A program made the position numbers and the translations under genes. From assembly GCF_009914755.1 (NCBI RefSeq), contig NC_060926.1: 64,000 nt of DNA; one strand, 5' to 3'. This DNA is from the human T2T-CHM13v2.0 reference genome, Homo sapiens. This document shows, one piece after another, positions 52,769-64,000 of the stretch; positions within the stretch are counted from its first letter, which is position 1, and every line of letters begins with the position of its first letter. Below the pieces are notes generated by a model. The model had not been told where the DNA came from. It was given only the letters and a program-made list of their open reading frames with translations, and ran no database searches.

Positions 52769-53203
52769 TGTGATGGTTAATTTTATGTGTCAACTTGTCT
52801 AGGCTATGTTGCCGAGATGTTTAGCCAAGCACCAGTCTAGAACTTGCTGTGAAGTAGTTTTTAGACATGATTAACAATTAAATCAGTAAAGCAGGTTGTC
52901 CTCCATAATGGCAGTGGGTTCCATTTAACCAGTTGAAAGCTTTAAGAGAAAAAGACTGGTGTCAACCAAGGAAGAAGAAATTATGGTCCAGACTGCGTGT
53001 AGTCTTAGGACTGCAATACCTGCTCTTCCCTGCGTCTCTAGACTACCAGCCTACTCCGCAAAATTCAGAATTCCCAGCACCCTAAATCGTATGAACTAAG
53101 ACCTTAAAATCTCTCTCTCTGTGTATCTCTTCCTGTATCTCTCTCTCTCTCTCTCTCTCTCCCTCTCTCTCTCTGTTTTCTCTGGAGAACTGTGACAAAT
53201 ATG
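52769..53203 (+). mobile_element. MLT2 (MLT2D-like) solo LTR with (CT)n
   Basis: tgtgatggttaattttatgtgtcaacttg...ctgttttctctggagaactgtgacaaat. Confidence 0.92.
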
Positions 53204-53664
53204 CTAACTTTTAAAACATAACTTACAAGTTTCTTTTAAAACTGGTTTCTCTGTATTTCCTGCAATTTCTTCTATTGTGCCTCTTGTTTTACATGCTGCA
53301 GCCAAGTTGTTGTTTTTTTTTTTTTTCCTTTCCATTTTCTAAAATGCATTGTACTCAATTCTACCTACAGGCTTTCTTAAAGCTCCTTTCTCTCTCAGGA
53401 GCATGCTTCACCTTACTGAACCCTGTTCCTGCTGTATTCAATGTACCACATATTTTAGCCTAATGAAAATATTCTCAGTGAAGTCTCCCAATCCTCCATG
53501 AAGAAGACTCCTTCCTCTGTCACAGAGTTCCATGGATTCTTAATATTTTCTTTATTGTACATATCACAGATTGTAATTTTAACAGGTTCTTACCAAATTT
53601 GAAAAACTTACTTTAAAGAGTTCACTTACTGTGAAACCTTTAATGCAGAAACAAAATGTTATAG

Positions 53665-54296
53665 TGTTGGGACTCAGAAAGTGACACCCCAAAGACTGGC
53701 ACTTTGATATGCTGAGAGGCATTTGAAGATGCCTCAGAATCAAGGTTCCTCTAAATTTGTCTTGTCTCCCTCTCCCCAAGCGCAAGAAGGGACTCTCTCT
53801 GGAATTTCCTTATCTGAGAAGCCTTTCCAAAAGAAATGCAATTGTCTTAAGAATCTCATCAAATAACCAGGAAGGATCAATTACCTGAGAAGAGAAGACA
53901 CTAGGAGTTATTACCACATCCATATCGACTTTTCACCTGTTCTTCTGAGGGCGAGTCCAATAAATTACCTGGAGGTAATTATCTGCGGAATAAGGCAAGT
54001 TTTGTTTCTGTGCACTTCTGCACCTCAGCTTCCCAAAGATAATCATTTATTTGCTACTAGCCCTATCCATATCCCAGTTTCCCTTTTCCCCATGAAGAGG
54101 GTATTTAAGCCTTGATAATCAAGTCCCTCTCTGAGTTCTGTCTGAGTTCTTATTTTGTGTGACTCCAATGCACACATGTGCTTGTAACAAATTTATTATG
54201 CTTTTTCCTTGTTTACCTCTTTGTTTTTATTTAATGGTGTCAGCTGTGACCCTTTACAATGGGGAGGAACAGAATCATCCCCTTTTTGCCGGTACA
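53665..54296 (+). mobile_element. MER34/MER39-group ERV1 LTR
   Basis: tgttgggactcagaaagtgacaccccaaa...ccaaaagaaatgcaattgtctt...ggtaca. Confidence 0.8.
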
Positions 54297-55038
54297 GTTC
54301 TGTGGGTGAAGATGGAAAGATTGAGACACCTATTCATTCTGGAGCGTACAGATGAGGTACTGGGACCACTGACAAAAAGCCAACAAAGAAAGATAGAAAT
54401 TTTTACCAAGGTCTCTTCTCCTAGATCTCTGCATCTAGAACCTTGTAGAAAATGAAAGATAAACATTTCTCCTTATCTCTTTCTTTCCAAATTCACGTTA
54501 GCAGGAGAAAATAATTTGTTTGGATTGTGACTCTGGTGTAAATTTGGTTTTAGGATGTCCACTTATTTTTGAAATGCTCCCTTCCATAAACAGCTATTAT
54601 TTTTCTGTGTGTCTTGTTTTGTATCCAGAGAACATAGCTTAGCTTGCCACCTGTTGAGGGTGCAGAAGGCCAACTGAAAAAGTTGGAGATTCCCATAAAA
54701 CAATATAGTATTCTGATTGTTGCTAGCTCTTAAGCTGTTGTCTAAATCTTTCTTTCTTTTAGCTGTTTCTGAGTGCAGCTCTGGATCTTGTGAGTAGCAC
54801 GTGTTTGCACCTTTTTGGAGATGACTCATGCATTCTTGGTTAATCAATAAACAGCATATGGATTCTGAGTCACTTAGTAGCTGCCTTTGGTTTTTTAAAA
54901 AGAAAGGAGGAAAAAAGTTCAAAAGCCAGAAGTATTGTCTGCTTGTCTCTGTTGACATTTGATAATAAGAGGTTTGAAAATGCCTTTTAATTTTAAGAGC
55001 TCTATGGTCAATAGTCAGTTTAATGTAGGCTGATATTC

Positions 55039-55080
<42 letters not shown>

Positions 55081-55690
55081 TTTCTGTTCTATTTTCGATC
55101 ATATTCCTCCAACGAGAACTTTTCATTTGCTGAATCTCTTTTTCTTGAACCCCTGCTAACTAGAACTTCATCGATCTTTTTGGGAAACTTAAGATCTTCC
55201 CAAAATGGCTCCTCTAAATTTGTCCTTCCATTTATTTCTGCCCCTCCTTGTGCCACATTCAATCTTCTACTCAGTTCCCTTCCGTCTTTGATCTCTTCCC
55301 CTTCGAGTCTCTACCTCCTCCATTTTGTGATCAATGGATAAAAATTTACTGAGAGAAAAACATCAGAGTTCTGGTTATACATAAAGGGATCTAAAAGACA
55401 CTTTATGCGACTTTCTGAGGAACACAGCTAAGAGACCACTGACCCCCTTTTGGGTTCCCTGTCTTCCTTAAAGAGCCCCAGGAGTTCTAAGTGAATTTAA
55501 GCTATTTCTTGAGGGTCTTTGGTCTGAACTCAGTAATTCAGTTAAGAAATAGAAACAAAGTTAAAAAGCCACCTATCAAACTAAATTGGTTTCCAAAGTA
55601 TAACTTTCTGATATTTAGCTGGCTATTTTTAAAGTCCTTGTAAAAGAAATTTACATCTATAAAGGAAATCTCCATTTGTAAGGACATATG
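54297..55690 (+). mobile_element. ERV1 (MER4-group) internal 5' leader, truncated
   Basis: Follows the LTR directly; agctctatggtcaatagtcag, aaagaaatttacatctataaaggaaatctccatttgtaagg typical of MER4-group internal sequence. Confidence 0.7.
55043..55077. repeat. (TA)n microsatellite
   Basis: Pure TA run seen directly. Confidence 0.97.
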
Positions 55691-55797
55691 TATGCACATA
55701 TGTGTGCATATACATATTTTTATTTTGTATATATGTGTGCATATATATATATATATACACACACACAGTCGTGTGCATATATATATATACACACACA

Positions 55798-56120
55798 CAG
55801 TCGTGTGCTGTATAATGATGTTCCAGTCAATGATGAACCACATATACAACAGTAGTCCCATAAGATTATAATACTATATTTTACTGTACCTTTTTAATGT
55901 TTAAGTGTTTAAATACACAAATACCATTGTGTTACAATTGCCTGCAGTATTTAGTATGGCAACATGCTGTACAGATTTGTAGTCTTTAACTTATGTTTAG
56001 ATGTGTAGTAGGCTATACCATCTATATTTGTGTAAATACACTGTATGTTGTTCACACAATGATGAAATCACCTGATACATTTCTCAGAATGTATGCCCAT
56101 CTTTAAGCAAGGCATGAGTA
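55798..56120. mobile_element. Tigger3a/MER7A-like TcMar DNA transposon
   Basis: cagtcgtgtgctgtataatgatg...gtcccataagattataatac...catttctcagaatgtatgcccatctttaagcaaggcatgagta. Confidence 0.88.
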
Positions 56121-56247
56121 TATATTTGATTGCACACACCTATATCCTAAGAGTGAATTATGACAAAGGCATTGTAATAAAAAAATTATTTTCAGTAAGT
56201 AGAAAAGTGTCCTGATTCAACATATTTGTCTGGAACCTAATTTTCTA

Positions 56248-56600
<353 letters not shown>

Positions 56601-56786
56601 GCGATTAACAATGAAACTTTTTAAAGTTTTACTTTTATTGTTGAGGACAATAATTTTTAAGGAATAAAATAATTTTAATAGAAGAACTAAAAGAAAGACA
56701 TAAATTATGTTACTCTGAAGGTAGATTTGTATAGTAATTTCTATTTCAGAGTTGTGGGAATATATGAATTAGAAGCCAATAACACT

Positions 56787-57118
56787 TGCTCTTGTTTGAA
56801 TGTGTCATCTCAAAAGCACGTGTTGGAAATTTAATCCGCAATGCGATAGTGTTGGAAAATGAGGTCTAATGGAACGTGTTTAGCCCATGAGAGTTCCACT
56901 TTTATGAACGGATAGGTGCTGATATCAAAAGGCTTGAGGCTGCCCGTCAATCCCTCATGTTTTCTCTCACCCTCTCACATTTCACTGTAGGATGACACAG
57001 TGAGAAGCCAGCACCTCAATATTGGACTTACCAGCCTCCAGAACTGTGAGAAATACATCTCTTTATAAATTATCCAGTCTGTGTTATTTTATATAGTAAC
57101 ATAAAATGGACTAAGACA
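56787..57118 (+). mobile_element. MST (MSTC/MSTD-type MaLR) solo LTR
   Basis: tgctcttgtttgaatgtgtc...ccagcctccagaactgtgagaaata...ggactaagaca; perfect 5-bp TSD acact. Confidence 0.92.
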
Positions 57119-57900
57119 ACACTATTCACTTGTTGATCTTTGCATCAGGCCCTCATTGTATTCCTTTCAGGGGAAAAGAGTTAACAATGGAGAATGAATT
57201 GATTCACACGATTCAAAGATCAAAAACAGAAAGAGAAAGAACAACAGTTTTGAAGACAGGAGATTATGAAAAATATAAACTTGATTACCAAGCTTAATAG
57301 GTATACACCTATCTTAAAAAATATCCTCATAATAATGCAAGTGATTTTAACAAAATTTTTTACACAATATTTTTTAAATAGGAAGAGCCCGGTGTATCTG
57401 TTTAGCCATTGTCCCTTCTTATATTTAAACATGTTTACATTCTGTATTCTTTAAGAGAATATTCTGACACTAGTAAAGGAAAAATAAAAGTAAGTTTCTA
57501 CTTTTGAGTATCAAATGGCTACATCTGAAGTGACATTTCAGGCTATTATCCTGAATCTGAGCAATGACTGGAAGCAAGTACCTGATGAGAGAAAACAATG
57601 CTTCCTTCGCTGCCCATCCTAAACCCAAAATTAAATAATACTGCTTTGGTGGGCTGGTGTAGGAAGACATTTTATGAGAGTTCAAATGTAAATACTTTCA
57701 TGTTTGTTTTTTTTTTTGTTTGTTTTTTGTTTTTTTTTAGAAAACAGCAAATCCCCTGTTTCCGGAATATTAAGCTCTGAGGTGTTTAGAAATGATAAAG
57801 AATTTGGAATTCTGAACACACGGGAAATGTGTGTCTTATTACCTAGGCAGAATCCAGCAAGTTGGTATAGCTATGGTTTAGAAAAAAATAACACTATATT

Positions 57901-58212
57901 GGCCGGGCACGGTGGCTCATGCCTGTAATCCCAGCACTTTGGAAGGCCAAGGCGGGCAGATCACAAGGTTAGGAGTTCAAGACCAGACTGGCCAAGATGG
58001 TGAAACCCCGTCTCTGTTAAAAATATAAAAAAATTAGCCCGGTGTGGTGGCAGGCACCTGTAGTCCCAGCCGCTCAGGAGGCTGAGGCAGAGAATTGCTT
58101 GAACCCGGGAGGCAGAGGTTGCAGTGAGCAGTGAGCTGAGATGGCACCACAGCATTCCAGCCTGGATGACAGTGTGAGACTCCGTCTCAAAAAAAAAAAA
58201 AAAAAAAAAAAG
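57901..58212 (+). mobile_element. AluS (Sg-like)
   Basis: ggccgggcacggtggctcatgcc...agatcacaaggttaggagttcaagacc; long A tail. Confidence 0.95.
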
Positions 58213-58285
58213 AAGAAGAAAACTATGTCTATAAAGATTAGAAAATGATATAAATCCATGAGAAGAAAAACAATTAGAAAGGTAA

Positions 58286-58799
58286 TGTATTGTTTCCTAT
58301 TGCTGTTTTATAATCACCACCACAAACAACACAAACTTAGTGGCTTAAAATAATGCATTTATTATCTTATAATTCTCCAGATAAGAATCTAAAGTGGGTC
58401 TCACAGGGCTGAAATAAAGATGTTAACAAGGCTACATTGCTTTCTGGAGCCTGTAGTGGAAAACCCATCTTCTTGCCTCTTCCAGCATCTAGAGGCTCCC
58501 TTTATTCATTGGCTTTATAGCTCCTTTCCATTTTCAAAGCCAGCAGTGGCCACACAAGTATTTGTTAGATTCCATCACTCTGATTCTGACTCTTGTTTCC
58601 TCTTTCACATATAAGGAAAGAGTGACTAAATTGGCCACACACAGATAATGCATGAGAATCCTCCCACCTGGAGACTTCTAACTTGATCACAGTTGTAAAG
58701 TCTCTTTTACCATGTAAGGTAGCACATTTACAGGTTCCAGGGATTCGTATGTGGACACCTTGTGTGTTTGAGGGAGGGGGCATTTTCCTGTGAACCACA
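58286..58799 (-). mobile_element. MLT1D-like MaLR LTR
   Basis: tgtattgtttcctattgctg...cacaaacttagtggcttaaaa...accatgtaaggtagcatttacaggttccagggatt...accaca. Confidence 0.9.
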
Positions 58800-59249
58800 T
58801 GCAAAGATGAAATTTTGATTATCTTCACATATAATAATTTGAATTTTAGAAAAAAAATTTAAAAACTCCATCTATGTCTCCAGCAACATTTCCAGTGGAA
58901 AAAAAAGCATTATAAAATAAATAGCATTGCTTTTCTCTGAAAGTTAATAAATAGATGATCAGAAGGCACTTCACCATTTTTTCACACAAGAAAAAAAGTC
59001 AAAATAGAGAGATTGCTTATCATGCACAGAATCTCATTAAAGCATGTCAGGAGAAGGAAAACCACCTCAGATGGATGAGTGATCTGAAATGCAGATGAGC
59101 AAATAAATTTATAAATATATGTGCAAATGTATTTGAACACTGCAGAACTACATGTGTAGAATGATTAAATAAATCTGTAAAAAGGGACTTAAAATACTAA
59201 GGATAATATGTAATTGGGAAATAAAGGTAAATTGTATTTTAAAATTTCT

Positions 59250-60560
59250 TCTATTATCTGACAGGAAGATCAAAGATAATCAAATTTTAAACTTAGATGA
59301 GTTAATTTGATACATTTTGTAATTTCTAAGGTAACCATTAAGAATTTTAAAAGCGTATAATTTATAATATGGTAGAGAGAAATATAATTATAAAAATAGT
59401 CAATTTAAAAATAACAAAAAGGAAAAAGAGATCTGATTGGACAAATAGTTTAAAATAAAATGTTTAAATCAAAAATAACTATACATTAATAATTATATTA
59501 ACTGCGAAATGATTAAGGTAAAAGAGTATCTTTTTCTGCATAAAAATAGAAAATCTAATCTTTGCTATTTTTAAGGGACATATTTTAAATACAAAACACA
59601 TAATGTTTGACTTAACAGAGCAGAAAATAATATTCTAATAGACAATTAGAGAAAACTGAAGTTGCTCTCAGATTTAACAAACGAGAATAGAATGCACTAC
59701 TACAGATAAAGAGGATTCAACATATTGATAATAGGTTCAATTAATTTTGATACTTGAATTTGACAGTACTATTAGGAGAATATTGACAAATACACAGCCA
59801 AGAGAGACCTGAACATGCATCTCTTGGTTATCTATAGAGAACTTGAACAAAAGGTGAGAAAAGTTGAAAAAAAAGATATAGTTAAAATATTTGAATGTGA
59901 TTAACAAATATGATCCCTAGACATGCACAAAATATTGTTCTTAAAAGTTGCATAGTACAAATTATTTTAGCACTCAAAATATTTTCAAAAAGTGGTTGAT
60001 ATATTGGGTTATAACCAAAATCTACACATTTCAAAATATTTAAGTAACATTAGAATATTCCATTTCCTTAATGTAAATAAGAATCATTCATAAAAGGTAA
60101 TTATAAAATTCTCACATAATTTAGAATTTAAAAGCACCCTTTTAAATATCTCATGTTGAAAATCTTAAGGAAAATTACGTAGCATTTTGGACATATATGG
60201 GGATTTTGAGACAATTGTGATAAAATTAATTGTTTAAAGTTATAGCTCACATGAAAACATTAGAAAAAAAGATTAAAAGTTAGTCAATTCAGTACTCTTT
60301 TCAAAAATGCAACCTATTCAGGTTTGCAGAGTAGGATATTACCCAAGATATAGCAACATAGATTATAAATAAACAGACAATTTCTGGAGCAAAATAACAT
60401 ATTAAAACATATAAGAAAAAAAAATCTCAATTGCTCTGAAATGACTAAAGAAATTAAGAGAATTTTCATATAAAAAATTAAGAATATTATGAATAAATAA
60501 ACAATTCATGGAAAGGTATAATTTTACAAAACTTGCATAGGAAGAAACAAATCATAATTT
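59250..60560 (+). mobile_element. Very degraded L1M (inter-ORF/ORF2 endonuclease region)
   Basis: tttgctatttttaagggacatattttaaatac, cagataaagagga..atattgataataggttcaattaa resemble L1 ORF2 start. Confidence 0.55.
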
Positions 60561-61749
60561 TAGATGTGGCTGTAGGACATGTTGCCAGTCCTAAAGATTT
60601 TGATGTACCAGCCTGTCTTTATCTCAAAATCCCTTTAAGTCTGTCTCTTTCACACCCTGCATTGTCTATGAAGTAGTTATGAATGTCAAAGAGTGTGTGA
60701 AGTCTTACATTCCTCGAGAAACCCACACTCCAAAGGGAAATATGAAAACATTGAGAAACAGTAAGGACCTAGGTGTTGCTACTTAGAAAACTAGATTACC
60801 TGCCCCAGTCCCCAACAGGAAGGACATAACCTGGAATTTCTCCCCTCCTTTAATGCAGTCCCAATATCTTCAAGAAAATCTTCTTATTATTCTGTACTTC
60901 ATTTTTCACTTTTTGAAAAATATCCTAGAGGAGCTGCTGCACTACTTACATTTCCACATTTTTTTTAACCTCCTTTATTCATATCCTAAATGTCTTAACT
61001 TCATCTGTTAGTGCTCCCTGGCTGAAGACACTGCAGCTTATGTTCAACAGTGCTTTTCCTCATAAATCAAAGGCAAAATACACAAAGAATAACAATTTCT
61101 TTTGATTATAATTGGACAAACACTTAATATTCATCTCTTTGCTTTTACCTAATACTTTTGTCACAACTGTCAGCGTTATTCTTTAACAAAATACTCAAAG
61201 AGAATTGGGATACTTCAAATTCTTATTAATTTTTAAATAAATTAATATAAAGTTAATTTTTATTATCATTTATAGAACTTATAAAATTTGCATAACAAAA
61301 TTAATACTAAATTAATAATGAAAATAATAAAATTTACTAGTAATTATGTTATTCTAATTTTATGCTCTAAATCTTCAAAGAACATATCAAATTCTATAGA
61401 ACTGACAAAAAAGTGAATTTCTATTGATGTATCAACTACTTTATTAAATATGCAAACGCTGTAAACAGCATTGAAGAGTATATATTTATTTATTTGAATG
61501 TTAATACATTGTGTGAAGGCAAAAAAGAAAGTTGTGTTTCAATAATGATTAGGTGAACTGATGATACATGTTAAAATGTAAGTTAAAATGAACTCAACTA
61601 TATAATCTTTTACTTAGGGAACTCACCATTGACTATCATATGCTTAATTTTAGCACTTTGTTTAAAAGAGCTTGTTATCAAAATTTGCAAGCCAATGGGT
61701 TCACAATATCCAAAATATTTTATTACAGAATGAGTTTATTTATATGTTT

Positions 61750-62835
61750 TATTCTAAAATATTTATTATTTTAGCTTTAATCTTCAGGTTTATAAAACAC
61801 TTTTCATTAATTTGGGGTGTATTCTGGTAGGACTCAAGGTTAATTCTTCCTTATACTTAATCAGTTGTTTCAGAACAAATTGTAGACTTTGTTCTTAATG
61901 TTGAAATTTCTGTGAGGGGTCTTTGTAAAAAATCAATTTGCTTTATGTGGGTAGATATATTTCTGAATTATCTACTGAGCTCTATTTATCAGTTTGCCAC
62001 TCCTCATGACAATTTTATAGTCAGTTTTGAAAACTTTTAGTGTGAATCTTGAATATTTTATTTCTTAACAATATTATTTTGTCTCATAGGTCTTCTGCAT
62101 TTCCATATAAAATTTAAAATTTTGATTTATTTTAACAAAAGATCTATTAGAATTTTGACTGGGATTTTTCTGACTCAAAATTGGAGAAAATATTGAATCT
62201 CACTTTTGTTTAATATGTTGTTCTAAAATCAGTTCTTATATTGCACTATATTCATAACCCATTGTTCATATAAACACTTCCTTGTATGCAATGCATCATT
62301 TTTTTTTGGCTAAGGTTTTCCCTTTATCTTGTCTTTTGCATTGTTCTTTGCAATTAAGCCTCCTTGTAATTTACTAGGATCTTGTAAGTTGATATCTTTT
62401 ATAGATTTGAAAAATTCTCAAGCATTATTTCTTCAAATATTTTTCTGCCCCATTATTTCTCTCCTATCCTTCTGAGGAACTCTAATCTTATGTGTATTAG
62501 GCCACTTGCTGTCTGTCTCACAGCCACTGAGACTCGTTTTATTATTTCCAATATCTTTTACCCTCTGTTGCTCAGTTAGGGTAATTTTTATTCATCTACC
62601 TTGAAGTTCACTGACTGTTCTGACATTTTTCCATCTTCTCTGAAGCGTATCGATCAAAGATGGTGTTTTTGTTGTTGGTTTGTTTTTATTTTTTCAACTT
62701 GGTCAAGGTATAATAAATTGTATCTATTTAACATTACAATGTGATAAGTTTGTACATAAGCATAAAATTGTGTAATCATCACCAAAATCAAGATAAGCAA
62801 CATTTCCATCTTCCTCAGAAGTTTTCTTATGTCAT
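61750..62835 (-). mobile_element. Several degraded L1M fragments
   Basis: ctgcatttccatataaaattt...ttttgactggga; aaattctcaagcattatttcttcaaatattttttctgcc; aatcatcaccaaaatcaagata. Confidence 0.7.
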
Positions 62836-63198
62836 TGTATTAGTCTGTTCTCATACTGCTATGAAGGAATACCTGAGTGTGAGTAATTTATAAAGAAAAG
62901 AGGTTTAAGTGACTTGCAGGTCCAGATGGCTGGGGAGGCCTCAGGAAATTACAATCATGGCAAAAGGCACCTCTTCACAGAGTGGCAGAGGAGAGAATGA
63001 GAGTAAGTAGAGGAAATGCCAGATTCTTATAAAACCATCAGATTTTGTGAGACTGACTCATTATTACCAGAACAGCGTATGAGAAACTGCAGCTATGATT
63101 CAATTACCTCCACTTGGTCCCACCCTTGACACTTGGGGATTATGGGGATTACAATTCAGGGTGAGATTTGGGTGGAGACACAGAATCAAATCATATCA
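62836..63198 (-). mobile_element. THE1 (THE1C/D-like) LTR
   Basis: tgtattagtctgttctcatactgctatgaagg...gtgagatttgggtggagacacag..aaatcatatca. Confidence 0.93.
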
Positions 63199-64000
63199 TT
63201 CTGCCCCTAGCCCCTCTAAAATCTCATGTCCTCAAATTTTAAAACATAATCATGCCCTTCCAACAGTTCCCCAAGTCTTGTATCATTCTAGTATTAACCC
63301 AAAAGTCCAAGTCCAAAGTCTTATCTGAGACAAGGCAAATCCCTTCCATCTATGAGCCTGTAAAATCAAAAGTAAGTTAATTACTTCCTAGATACAATGG
63401 GGTACAGGCATTGGGTAAATACACCCATTCCAAGTGGAAGAAATTGGCTAAAACAAAGGGACTACAGGCCCCATGCAAGTCCAAAATCCAATAGGGCAGT
63501 CATTAAACCTTAAAGTTTCAAAATGATCTCCTTTGATTCCATGTCTCACATCCATATCACACTGATGCAAGAGGTGGGTTCCCGCAGACTTATGCACCTC
63601 CACCCCTGTGGCTTTGCAGAACAAAGACTCACTTCCAGCTACTTTCACAGGCTGGAAATGAGACTCTGCAGCTTTTCCAGAACACATGGTGCAAGCTGTC
63701 AGAGGATCTACAATTCTGGGGTCTGGAGAGTGGTGCCCCTCTTCACACAGCTCCACTAGGCAGTGCCCAGTGGGGACTCTTTGTTGAGGCTCCAACACCA
63801 CATTTCCCTTCCACACTGCCCTAGCAGATGGTCTCCATGAGGGCTCCTCCCCTCTGCCTGGACATCCAGGCATTTCCATACATCCTCTGAAATCTAGGCA
63901 GATGTTCCCCAACCACAATTTTTGAATTCTCTGTACCTGCAGGCCCAACACCACGTAGAAGCTTCCAAGGCTTGGGGCTGGAGTTGCACCTTCTGAAGCA
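63199..64000 (-). mobile_element. THE1 internal sequence, continuing past the window end
   Basis: ttaacccaaaagtccaagtccaaagtc..tctgagacaaggcaa; ORF 63448..63954 is a THE1-int frame. Confidence 0.93.

Noticed and set aside
54563-54958. 131-aa minus-strand ORF
   Set aside because: Antisense to an ERV1 internal leader; no protein motif.
63448-63954. Longest ORF in the window (168 aa)
   Set aside because: Lies wholly within THE1 internal sequence; a retroelement remnant, not a host gene.

Overview
Primate (human-like) nuclear genomic DNA: visibly AT-rich, CpG-poor and dominated by transposable elements. It contains ten Alus, several old L1M elements, L2 and MIR relics, MaLR LTRs (THE1/MST/MLT1), MLT2, LTR16 and LTR33 ERVL elements, ERV1-type LTRs, DNA transposon fossils and microsatellites. 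I find no credible host protein-coding exon, RNA gene, CpG island or CRISPR array; the ORFs I could interpret come from repeats or low-complexity sequence, and none resembles a host protein I recognise. I cannot support a new biological system here. The most interesting signals are structural: (1) a probable ancient L1 3' transduction nested inside an older L1 (33.66-38.18 kb); (2) a 140-bp local templated duplication sitting in a TA repeat (23.4/26.2 kb); (3) a twin-priming L1 inversion (1-582); (4) a perfect 14-bp hairpin inside an otherwise decayed LTR; (5) a young AluYg6-like insertion; (6) all ten Alus on one strand. Subfamily names come from my recollection of consensus sequences, not from a search, and boundaries of old elements are approximate.
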